Assembly: GCA_010909165.1 (NCBI GenBank)
Contig: MU008165.1
Span: 1 to 64,000 of the forward strand
Direction of reading: 5' to 3'
Length of the DNA: 64,000 nucleotides
From: Anthoceros angustus
Taxonomy: Eukaryota; Plantae; Anthocerotophyta
Part shown: piece after piece, positions 47,948 through 59,788 of the stretch
How the letters are laid out: every line of letters begins with the position of its first letter
How positions within the stretch are numbered: the first letter of the stretch is position 1
Made by a program: the position numbers and the translations under genes
Notes under the pieces: generated by a model
What the model was told of the DNA's origin: nothing
The model's database searches: none
The model's input: the letters and a program-made list of their open reading frames with translations, nothing else

Positions 47948-48789
47948 GTCTTGTGTCTTTTTTGCTGAAGGCACTGTAAGCTCATCAAGTTTGAGGACCC
48001 TGTCTTTCAACTTAGGCTGGTCTACGCAAGCAATTGTCGGTGTGCGCGGGGAGTTTGCCGAGCACACAAAACCTTTGCTGCCAGGTTTCTCATCCAGATA
48101 TCGAATTCATGTCCGTACAGTTTCGAATGAAGGAGGAAGAGCTGACACTGGTCGGCAGTGGGACTCGACTCTCGAGGCTACTGAGCAGGGCAACCAGCGC
48201 GATAGGGTTTGAATGATACAGGGGAGACATGATATTACAGGCATTCAAAACCTGCTACATGGCGCGGCTACTCCAAACCTGTGAACTCCCACTCTTTGCA
48301 TTCACACATGTCCACCAGGCAGCACGCGTACGCAATTCTCACCTGGCAGCTGCCAACAGATACATCAGGCTTAGGCACACTAGTTAGTACATCAGAGTGG
48401 ACCGGTCTGCCTGATGTCAGAGCTTCTGCGAAGCCACGAGCCTTCAGTGCTTCCACAAACAGATGGTCATCGGGCTTAACAGAGTGAAATGGGCGTGGAG
48501 GAAAAATCACTCTGGCTGCCAGAAATATCCTGGCATGGAACGTCATGTGGTAGTGGTGGTTAGACGATGTCCGCAGAGTGGTTGACAGTCTGTCCACGAA
48601 GACCTTGGTGCATGGAACGTAGTTCTTCCAGCCTATGGTGAGCATGGGATGGGTCAGGAGGCTCTCCTGTACCAGGACCAAATGGTGATGGCAGGCACCC
48701 AGCCAACTGAAGTCACCTTCCTTCCACGCCATGATATCTGTCAATGGATTCGAAGCGCTTCGAACCTTCCCACACCAGGTCTGCAGGCA

Positions 48790-48910
48790 GACACATTGCT
48801 GAGCCTGTGCCTCCTGCGGAACACTGGTTCATCCGTGGTCAGTTCTATGTGGAACTTCCCTTTGGTGTACTTCCCCATCCACTGCGAACATTGGGGCTTT
48901 CCGGGATAGG
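48790..48910 (-). mobile_element. Possible tiny Ty3/gypsy pol remnant
   Basis: GKFHIELTTDEPVFRRRHRLS resembles the pre-RT segment of gypsy pol. Nothing else supports it. Confidence 0.3.
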
Positions 48911-50769
48911 AATGGATGATGCAGGCGCTGCGGTGATAGCATACGCTGTGGCGCGCACCACCACACGGATGAGGAGGAGGTGGATCCTCGTTGCTGCTGT
49001 CAATCCTGAAGGAGTGCAAGCTGCAGGTGCTGACACTCATGTTTGACAAACCCTACAGGGCTCGTTAAGTTTCTTCTCTACATCCTTGAGCTCCTTCTTC
49101 ACATCCCGAAGTTCAGCTCGAACTTCGACTCCTTTTCCCTTGGTGGGTAGAGACTCCTTGACTCAGCATTGTCAATGTCCCAGTCCTACCTATGGAGATT
49201 TAAACCCGGACCAACATATGCTATATTGGTGTCCTAAGAAGCCTGAACCGGCACCAGCCTCCATGAGTAGTAGTAGTAGTAAAATAGAGTTTGTTACACT
49301 ACAATTTGTATTATACTTCTACACGCTGGTCTCACACTAAGAAACCAACTTTTCTATATAAATAGGGGTCAAAACTTTTGGAACTGAGCATAAGGATAAC
49401 CTATTGAGATTTAAGGATAGAGGGTTGGAAAAATAAAAAAAGAAGGAACAAAAAAAGTGAGACCCAACTCTAACTTGAACAACGTAAAAAAGCTACACCA
49501 CAAGACTCCTACCTTCTAGCCTTTATGCCCTTATATTTAGCATGGAGTCTCATCGGCCTACAATTTATAACCTCATATTACGCATTCTCCGTCTACATAA
49601 GTAGCTCGAAAAGGAAAAGGACCACCGGACATTCTAGGTGGACACCCAAGGCACGGCTAGCGAACTCCATCATTCCGAACTTTCATCTCTAGTTTAGGTA
49701 TTCTCCAATGAGAGTACCTAACGAGCGAGATTATAATGTGAACAAGGACTGTGATGACCATGATGGCCAGCTCAATCTCATAGTCGCTTCTAGAATGATG
49801 GTGTGGGAAGGAGAATCTTAGGTGGGCTTGATTCAAGAAAGGAAGAGCTACATTGATTCACAATGCCTTTAGAGAACTGAGCAGGACTTTAGAATAGGCA
49901 AGACTATTTTGAAGGTGGGAATCATGACTTAGTCAGAGGCAAGACTATTTTGCATGTGAAACGATGTTCATTGCAAAGCGAGTTGCAGGATACATTAGAA
50001 TCGCCCACCTTTCTGAATGTTCGAATTCGCTCTCTCCCCACATCTAGGCTGGTCCTTGCACTACAAGCAATTCCAATCATCAGTTACGCGAGCTCTTCCT
50101 ATCGCAGTGAGACCAGCCGGAAACTCAAAATAAATTGCTTGCATGTGAAATTATAAATCACTTTTATAATGTGGTGACCTAGATTTCACCTTTCTCATGC
50201 CACCATTTTTCCCTCATTTGCAGGTCTGTATTCCTTTCCTAAGTTTTATTTTTTATCTTTGTTTGCCATACTTGTAAGCTTGATAATTTTATTTTTCTTG
50301 CAACTAATTATTGACATAATTTTTTGTTCAGGATGTTCTCACTGAAATCAAGTTTGAGGCTTGCAGTTCATTTCACAACGACAATGAATACAACACACAA
50401 TACCTCACAGAAGTTCGTGCCAAAGTCCCATCTCTAATCTTAAATAAAATGGAGTTCCTCATTCTTGAGATATGGATTAATCACATCACGGACAGCAAAA
50501 ACATTCATGACGATTGCACGCCCTACAAGGAGTACATCAATGCCCAACACGTATTATAACCGTCTTTCACATAGCACATTGTATCCTTGAACTGTTCAAG
50601 TCCAAAAGCTTCTCTTGGATACGAGCTATGGTTCTTACCAGCTGCTCTATGGTAACTTTCCTTGTCTATTGGCTTCTGCAATCACTTACTAAACAGGTCA
50701 AGACAATACAATGTCCGTTCCCGAAACTTTCACTTGGACTCCAGGACACTCCTGCTTCGGTTCTTTCGC

Positions 50770-53700
50770 TCAAGGCTGGTTGGTTTGGGATGGCCCACAA
50801 GGCACTCGAAACGCAGCACTCCGCCACTTCTCGCCGTGCCCGGGTGGCACTTCCGGGCTCCGGCTCGTCGAGGTCCGGCGGCGGGACGAACCGGGAAGCG
50901 AGGTTTGGTACCAGACCCTGTTAGGGGCGGGGGGGACGACCGGAGGAGAGTCCTCAAGGCTCGTCAGACTCGAGGTCCGGGGGGGCTCGTACCGCCTGGA
51001 ATATCGGGGGACGGGGGGCTGATACCGGTCACCTGGGATGACCGGGGGAGAATGTGTATTCCTGGCGCCGTCCCTGTCCCTGTCCCGGTCTCGCTCCCGG
51101 TCGGGCTGGTACCTCTCGAGGGAAGGTTGGAACCTGCCTGGACCTGTGCCAGGCTTGTCCGCGGGAGCCCTCCAGCTGTCCACCTCCCGGTCACGCTCCC
51201 TCTCCCGGTCTTCATTCTCAAGCAGCTTGGAGCGGCCAGATGGCGGGACGATGCGGCTGGGCTTGAGATCGTCGGCTCTGGACGCTTCCCGTTCCCGCTT
51301 GGCCCGCTCCTCTGCTTTCACCTCTCTCTGCCTCTGCGTGGCCGCCATCTTATCGAGCTTGGCGCGATTGTCGGCTTCCTCCTTCCTTTTGCGCTCTTCT
51401 TCCTCCTCCCTTTTGCGCTCTTCTGCGTGCATGGAAGGAAAAACAGGGATGGCAGTGGACATAAGTCCCTGCATGTGGCAGGAAGGGATCTTGGTTTGAA
51501 GGCGAGTACAGGATTCGAACTCGTACCTTCTCGCGTTCTGGCTTCCTCCTCTTCTTGGATCCGCAGGAGACGGGCATTCTCTTGCTGGCGATAGTATTCC
51601 ATCTTGCGACGACACTCTCGCTCATGCCTGCGGAGACGTCTTTCCTTTTCCAGCTTCTTCTGTCTCGCCTTCTTGAGCCTTTCGATCTCAACATGCCGGC
51701 GATTCATCACTCGCTCCTGAAATTTTTCCTGATACAGTATTCCCAAGGCAACTGAGGATTTCAGGGCCCTGAGCAACTTCTAGAGGGTCCACCCCAACAT
51801 AACAGAACAGGAGAGAAAAGAATAGTGCGAAAGGGGGTGGCAAAGCCACTGACCTTGTCCTCCACAATCCGGGCCAACATGTTTTTCGTCAAGAGATCCT
51901 GCTCGTGTAGTATCCTGCTTTGGTGCACAGCGTGCTGCTCGTACATAATTTCTTGGATTATACTCTAGAGAGAAACAGTGCAGTAGTACAGAGCTTTAGA
52001 AGGAAGAAGGTACCTCTTGCTGTTGTTTGTAAAAGACCTCATCATCTTCCAAGCGCCTCAAGTAGGCTTCCTCGAGTAATGGCCGCTCCTCTTCACGCTT
52101 CGCTCTTTCAAAATGGTCCAAGGTCTTGGAAAGCTTTTGCAACTTTCGCTCCATGTCTTGTCTTGCCTTCAGTTGCTCATTGAGAGCTTCCTCCAGTAAG
52201 TGCAGCTTCGTCAGCTTCGTCACGTCCTGAAAACACACGGCTATACCGCAATCAGAGGCCCCGTCTGTATGGACAATGGACATCCGGACCAAGACGCATT
52301 GCTCTGCGAGACAGTTACCCAAACTGCTGCTTACCCCATCTGGTATGGCTGCCTTTTTCCCTTTGCCTCGCTTCCTCTTTTCAGACTCCTGGAGAAGCAG
52401 GCGAGCTTCTTCCAGTTCCTTTTCTTCAATCTCCTGCCTTATGCGAGCTTCCTCCCTCCGTGCAGACTCGTTCGCTAGCCTCTTCGCTTCTGCTTCCTCT
52501 GCTAACTTCTGCTGCTTCAGCCTCTTCGACTCCTCCTCCCGTTCCTGCAACACGCACCGCATATATACACCATAAGGATACACTCCACAGTCCTGCACTG
52601 ACTCTCTGACGACAGAAGAGCGTGCTCCACAGAGTTCCTCACCATTTCCAACATTTGCTGTTCTCGGTTTTCCTTCCGCTTCTCAATGACAAGCTTCCGA
52701 GCTAACAATTTCTTGTGATCCTTCTCTACGATTGCAAGGAACTCGGACAATGGCTGAGTCAGCTTCGAGGGCCTCTCAGCAGGCGAGGGGTGAATCATGC
52801 TGATCGCCTTGTTCAGTCTCTTTGCAAGAATTGTCAGGTGATTCTTCATGTTCTCTGACTCAAGGTCCTAAAGAAGCAGACACTAAACCATTGGAACGAG
52901 CAGTGAAGCACAGCAAAATGTTCTCCCGTGTAGAGAAAAAAGGACCCCGAGTACCTGATTTCCAAAGTGAAGAACGCCCTTGCGATGGTCAAACTTAGCT
53001 TGCAGGAACTTGTGCATCACTGCATCTACAGCGAGCTTTTCGACTTCAGCGTGATCAAAAAAGGGTATCATCCTCGACAGACTTGTGATGTTGACCGTTT
53101 GATAGACCTGCGACACCTGCAAACAAACCCACATATCACACAAGGAGCACCCAACCACCCATAACATCACTCGACACATAAATGCTGCATGGCAGAGAGA
53201 CCTGCTGCAGCGCTCGTAAAGTCGCCAGATTTTCCAAAGCTGGCACATATTGCCCCAGCTGAGCTTCCGGAACAGGAGACGCAGCTGAGAGGTTGTCACT
53301 AAGCTTGGAGAGCCGATACAGCAATGGCTTAGCCTTTGCAGCAAGGTCCAATGGATGAAACTCGTTCTCCAAAAGATTGTAGACGTCCTTCACTTCGTGT
53401 GCGACATAGGTCACGACACCACCCTTGGATACCTGCAAAGCACAAATTTGTTTCCAGATGCAAACTTGCAATCACTGTATACTTTATGCTACGATATACT
53501 TCACACGTAACAATCATGGATACAATCCCAAACTCACCAGCTCCGACAGCAGTGCTCCTCGAGAAAACTGCCAAAAGAAGAACAATGGTCAGACGTGTGC
53601 TTCTGACGTCAGAAGCACAGTGCTCTTGAGGTGTTGAACTTCGATACAGTGACACAATCGAGCTCAAACAACCCACTCACACAACTTACAACTTCACGAG

Positions 53701-55126
53701 TATCCCTCTTCGGGTCCAGAGTGAAGCCCAAAAGGTTTGCCATCCGGGAATGACGATCGTTCTCCATCTCCAGCTGAACGTGATGTGCACCATGCGTCAT
53801 GTCATATGGTGTTACAGCAAGGGTAGCTAACAACACACAAGAGGCCATCCGCTGCAAATCCTTGTGCGTCACATTCTTGTTGTAGCCCTTCTGTAGACTA
53901 AAAAGTTTATACCACGCATATGCGTGATACAAATGGCTGTCGGCCGACATCCAGAAAATCTGTGTCAGCTTGGCGTAATAGATAGCCATCATGTGGGGTT
54001 TGGGTGATATCTTCACCATCGACACGAGGTCATGAATATCTTCAATAGAACGAAATGCTTCCTGCACAAGGGACCAGTTCTCACAGCATTCAGCACAGCA
54101 TGTCTGAAACAGCAACGTGTTGAAACATCACTGCCAAAAATGACAAAGCTCGTACAATGACTCACCTGCCACATCTCAAGCTCGGTGGCCACCTTCAACT
54201 GCGCAAACCTCGTGTCCAAGTACAGCTGGAAGGTTTCAGGCTGCTTGAGATCCGGTCGATCATGCGGGTCGCTGGACATGTATTTGGTCACCTTACTCAA
54301 ATGATTTCTCAGAATCACACAGAGCCGACGAAACTCGGTAGTCCTCTTGTGCTGCAGGCAAAACTGGAAAGCACGATACACCGTCATCTGCTCCAACCAA
54401 CACAAACATTGTAAGCCATATACACACCCGAAAAACCACATTGATCAACGACGTCAGTCCGTGCACACCACTCGTACCGCATACACCGTCTCCAGCTTGG
54501 ACTTATTCCGCAGAACGTCCAACGCAGCCCGAAACGCTTCCCACAGAAAACCAAGCCACAGCGTGACCAACTCCCTCTCAGACAGCTCCATCCGCCGCTC
54601 GTCACTAGCATAGCACAGCGTCAGCTCCTCCGGCGTCTGCATAGCCTCCAAATCCTTCACATCCAGCGCAATCCCCGCCGCCTGCGCGTTCGAGTATGCC
54701 TGCTCCGCGCGGTCGCTGGCGAGCTGCAGAAAGTGCTTAATCACATCCGCCAGCGAGCGCACGTTCACTTGCTGGCACACCATGCGGAACTGCATGAGCC
54801 CGTCCCTGGCAAGACTGCTGTTCCTCAGCTCCACGCACAGCTCCACGTGCTTGAGCATCACCTTCTCTACCGTCTGGTGCCATGTGCTATACCTCTTGTG
54901 CGTGATGATTCCATGCAAAACCTGCAATGCTGCCTTCTTCTGGCCTAAATTTATCAATTCTGCAGCCAATCGACGCCAGTCAGGTCACAAACCGCGTGGA
55001 CATCGCTGCGAGGAAACGCTTCTTCGATCCAAACACTTGGATCGAAGAAGAGTTTGCTCTCGCTCTCAAGCTTCCCTTACCTTCCGCACGCGTCAGCGCA
55101 TTTTCGGGCTTCAGAACGGTCGCCAT
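50770..55126 (-). CDS. eIF3a: Eukaryotic translation initiation factor 3 subunit A, divergent copy, multi-exon
   Basis: [15 protein letters not shown]|[52 protein letters not shown]|[60 protein letters not shown] and an R/D/P-rich C-terminal tail. Confidence 0.92.
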
Positions 55127-55689
55127 TAGGGGAGTTCGCAGGGACAATCAGTTCTGTGCCTGGCGGATCAGTTTCTTCGCACGATCCCAGCATCAAGCTC
55201 ACATTGGAGTCCTCTCGTCGACGTTGCATGAGCCGCGCCGCGCCAACAGGTCGTGAAGAACCCCTCTAAATCTAGGCCGTTAGTGGTGTGAAATGTGAGT
55301 TCTCCGTTGGCGCGTTTACGGGCAGTTATGAACCGGTTGAAGCCCAATCCAGTCCATCATTCGGGAGAGTTGAGGATCGTGAAAACTCATTCACCCTCTC
55401 CTTTTTACCTCGAGCTTAGGCTGCTCACGGCTCGGGTAAAAAAAAAGCCTCTCGCTTCTCACCGGGTTTTTTGCATTCCCTGTCCACCAAGTGCTCGAGT
55501 TAAGACCTATTGATAACTGAAGAAGTTGTCTTTATAAAATCTACACACAAATATATAAAGATTAAATTCACTTGATATTCTCCCTGGCATGGTGGCCTTT
55601 GTTGGGTTTTTTCTCCTTTGTTTTTGGGGTGGATGGGTTTTTTCCATCTCTTGGGTATAGCCCCAATGTAAGAAGAGCACATCGCTCAC

Positions 55690-55985
55690 ATTGTATTCTA
55701 ATCTGAACATCCTCTGCTTCTAAAAATCTTAACAGCACATTTGCAGATGCCTGTAGGAGGCAGAAGAATGTCACAGAGTCGGTTGCAACAATGCCTTCTT
55801 TCTGCATAGCCCTGTGAAGGTGCAGGGCCTGCTATCAAGGCGCTTCACATTACCGTGGCTTTTGCGTCAAGTCCATCAACGACGAGCTGCCCATTCTCTA
55901 AGCTGCCAGACTGTGCATACTTGTCTACCAAGCTGCTGGCTTCAAACATATCCGCTTCTCTTGATGGCAGTGCATTGAACACGTG
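55690..55985 (-). pseudogene. PPR gene fragment
   Basis: ADMFEASSLVDKYAQSGSLENGQLVVD and ALHLHRAMQKEGIVATDSVTFFCLLQASAN. Confidence 0.75.
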
Positions 55986-56505
55986 CTCCCCTGCTACTGC
56001 CAGCACTAAGCAAGTTGAGACTTGGCAACCTGGTGCACAAGTCGTCCATGGGCTTAGTGACTGAAGGACACAAAACTTTGCACTCGAAAAATCGTTGATG
56101 CAGATCTTACCTCGGGCAGAAAGGAATGAAGCTGGATGGGATCCCTCGAATCCAGCGAATGCAGTCTCTGGCCTGAAGCACAAGGTCCTTCTTGCACGAA
56201 ACCTAGCAGCACAAACTCGACATGGATCGTTGTTGAGACGGCAATCACAAACGTGAAAAACACGTACATTGCTTAGAAGCAGCCTGAACAATCTGCACCC
56301 AACAGTCCTTGTGTCCCGTCACAGTGGAAGTTTGCAATTGAGTAACCAAGGGTGTAACAGACCTTGCTCCAAGCTCCTGTTCCACAACAACAGAACCAGC
56401 CATGACACAACATCTAAGATCCCAGACACAGATTTAGGTCACGAGACACTTACTGTGCACTTGTCAACCAGCCAGTCGGCACGGCCACCCTTCAGAGAAC
56501 CTGGA
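55985..56505 (-). pseudogene. Internal duplicate of rsmE (4 exons with their introns)
   Basis: High-identity match to 46530-47060, including the introns. Encodes GSLKGGRADWLVDKCT, ELGARSVTPLVTQ and QRLHSLDSRDPIQLHSFLPE. Confidence 0.9.
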
Positions 56506-57904
56506 TTCAAATGTCCAACAAAAACTCCAAGACACACACCGAAACTCTAACAAGGGTGATTGGCAAGGTCGCAAAGATGGAGGTCTTGCAAGGATCTGAG
56601 ATGAAATTCCAGTGTCCCCAGTTTTCCAGCTCACTCACCAAAGGGCTATATCCTGTTCTTAACCACAGCATGCTCTCACGTGCCTGGCCAGCGTGAGTAG
56701 GGTGTGGGCATGGCTCATCATAAGTGACCAACCTGTAATGCCTTCAGTCAACTGTCAGGTATCATTTCCAGCGGGACATTGTTGGTGCAGCAAACTGCTT
56801 CTTGTGCAGGCAAGTTCTCATTTCTCCTTGGCTGCTCCTCTCTGAAGTTCAGGCTCGAATGCAATTGGCAGGAGATAGGTCTTCGAGGTTTATAAAGTTG
56901 GAGAGAAGGAGCGAAGTTGTGGAGCTGTAGCTGTGAGCTTTGGTTTCAAGAAGCGCAAGTCCAGATTAGCGTTCCTCTGCTTAAGTGATTTCTAGATCTT
57001 CTGCCTACGAGATGTATGTTCCACCAGCCCAGGCTGGGACAGGATGTTCCTCACAAATCACGCCTGCTGTATTTCATAACGACAGTACATAAAGCTGAAA
57101 ATAGCTCACAGCAGCTTGTGCCAGAGTCCCATATGCGATCTTGCACTATGTAAATGGAATTTTCGCTGTTGGGATGTACATTAAATTACAACCCACGCAT
57201 CACCCGCAGCACAAGCATGTGGCTGAAAGCTAGAGAAGATTGCACATCCGATAAGGAAAGCAAGCCGGGTTAGGCAGGTAGGTACACGAGAGGGAAATTT
57301 GAATCGTCAACCTGAATCAAAGCCTATAGAAGGACTCTCTGCTTCTTTTCTAGTGGAGGAGACACTATATCAACGCCCATCTTTGCTACTGTTCCAGCAA
57401 TAATTCTCATACAAATGTTGTGGTTGAACAGTTCATGGTCGAAAGCCTCTCGTCTCAATGAGCTTTGGTTCTTGGCAGCAGCTGGTTGGTAACCTTTCCC
57501 AACTTTCAGAACCTTTTGAGGATTCTCTTGGATTGAAACAAACTACTCAAGCCGAGTGTCCGCTTCCAGAAACGTTCGCTGACACCATTACGCTCCAATA
57601 CGTGAGATTGCAAAGCCAACCTGCAGCCTTGAGCAATTCTTATCCTGTCAAGGCCACAGCAAGGAACGCGGAGCTCAGCCCGATGCTACTGTTTCGTTTC
57701 GCCAGATGAGCAGGGGGGCGCGGCATTTGCCTCGCCATCATTGCCCATCTCTCTCGCACAATCTGCATTCAATCTGCAATGTGGGCTACAGAAACCAAAG
57801 TATTCAAATGCGTTGCGCAGAAAGATATCACGAAAGTGTGTACCTATATAAACTCACGGAACGGTTTAGCTCACTGCAGTGATTGGCGTGTTGGAGTCTG
57901 CGCT

Positions 57905-59619
57905 ATGGTGACAGCTGCAGCATGGACGGCCTCTCCCTGCGCCATGGGCATCGACGAGGCTGGCCGGGGTCCTGTTCTTGGTGGGTTTCCCTTGCGTTGC
58001 ATTGGCCTCTAGGTTCGCAATGTTGTCACTGGGAGAAAGGCTAGTGAGGAGCTCGCGAGTTTTCGCTGATAAACAGCGTGTTTGTGGTGGGCACTGGCAG
58101 GTCCCATGGTTTACGGATGCGCCTACTGTGCTGTGTCGGATATCGAGCGGATAGGAGGCATGCAATTTGCTGGTATGCAGGGCGGGAAGGGCGTGGGGGA
58201 TTTGTGGCATTGGAAAGAAGTGCTTCTGTGAGGGTAGGAGTGTGGGTTTTGGAAGACCGTGTCTGAGCGTGACCGCAGACTCCAAGGTTTTGACGGAGGC
58301 CAAGAGGGAGGAGCTGTTTGCAAGCATTAAGGAAGATACGGGCATTGGGTGGGATGTGGATGTGATAGGGCCCAAGGAGTTGTCAGCGCAGATGCTGCAG
58401 AGGTTGGAGGAAGTTGGAATGTGGTTTCCGCATGCTGTGTTGCTGGCTGGGGTGGGCTAGGGTTGAAGTGGAGGTTTGTGATGTGCAGGGAAAGGAAGAG
58501 TCTGAATGTGATCTCGTATGACTCGGCGATGGGTCTTATTCGACGGACCCTGGATCTAGGTGTCCTTCTCACCGAGGTTGGTAAGAGTTCAGGGTTGAGA
58601 GGTTTCAGCTTTGCTGCAGCTGGGATGGTGTGTGGGTTTTTCCAAGGGTGGCCTGGCAAAGATGTGATTGTATGTCAGTTCTTTTGCAGCGAGGGAGAGG
58701 GGTATGTTGAGCTGCATTTCCCAGGATTTTTGATGGCGGAGTGGATCCTCCATCAGGTTTACGTGGATACAGTTGGAGATGCTGAGAAGTATCAAGCGCG
58801 GTTGACTGAAAGGTTTCCTGGAATCAAGTTCACGGTGGCCAAGAAAGCTGACAGTCTTTTCCCAATTGTCAGTGCTGCTAGCATTGTTGCCAAGGTACTT
58901 CTGGCAACGACGTGTTGTTAGCTGCCTCCTGATGCAGTGGTGAAGTAGCCGTGTACTCAAGGGATCTCTGTGACATAGTGCCTGGAGGCGGTTTAAGGGG
59001 TATGTGATGATCCAGTGTAGTGTAATATCTGCAATGGCATCATTCTTGCTTCAGGTTACCAGAGACAGAGCCCTCCGCAATTGGAGTATGGATGAGGTGG
59101 GGAGGGAGATCGGCCGAGATTTTGGATCAGGCTACCCGCACGGTAAACCTTCAATCGTTGCTCTGTCGCGGATCTGAAAGCACTCTGACGCGAAGATGCA
59201 TTTCCCTGGTCTGCCCAGCTCTGCAATTTTTCACCAAGTAATCAATCTCATCTGTCTGGTGCCAGATCCTGAAACCCAGAAATGGTTGCAGCAGCATAAT
59301 GATGCAGTCTTTGGATTTCCATCTCTTGTTCGATTCAGTTGGCAAACCTGCAAGCCTTTTCTCTCAGAGGGTGGTGTCGAAGTGTACTGGTCAGGTTCCA
59401 CCCTTCCTCACTCATCCCGCTAGCTGAATTTTCAGAGACAGCAAAAGGCTTGGTGCTTGTACATGAGTCGCTAAATGTATCGTCTCCAGGGAAGCTGAGG
59501 AAGATGATGAGGATCTAACAAAGCGGAAGTCTAAGACAGCCGGGGTAGAGTCTAATGCATCCACAAGGCATTCCTTCTTCCGTTCAAGGCAACTACAACA
59601 CTTGACAATAAAGCTTTAG
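57905..59619 (+). CDS. RNASEH2A: Ribonuclease H2 catalytic subunit A, multi-exon
   Basis: [13 protein letters not shown]|[47 protein letters not shown]|[24 protein letters not shown]; TAG ends at 59619. Confidence 0.95.
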
Positions 59620-59788
59620 ATTTCGAATAATCCTGTGCTCAAGAAGTATTTGTGGTGTCCTTAAAGGGCAGAAAATGCAAAGCAAATAGCTAATCAACGT
59701 CCTCGGTTACTCTGCGGTGCAAGTATGGGAAGGAGTCTCACAGGTGGAGTTCTAGGACGTGCCTAGAAAATAAGGCATACATATCGTG

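Noticed and set aside
48060-48750. 158-aa minus ORF upstream of rsmE
   Set aside because: No family recognised; it cannot be supported as a gene or as an rsmE extension.
50662-51594. 310-aa plus-strand ORF (also 60182-60991 and 16590-17375)
   Set aside because: Antisense shadows of the GC-rich eIF3a, F-box and GRX coding exons.
56540-57720. Short ORFs between the rsmE duplicate and RNASEH2A
   Set aside because: No recognisable homology or consistent splice model.
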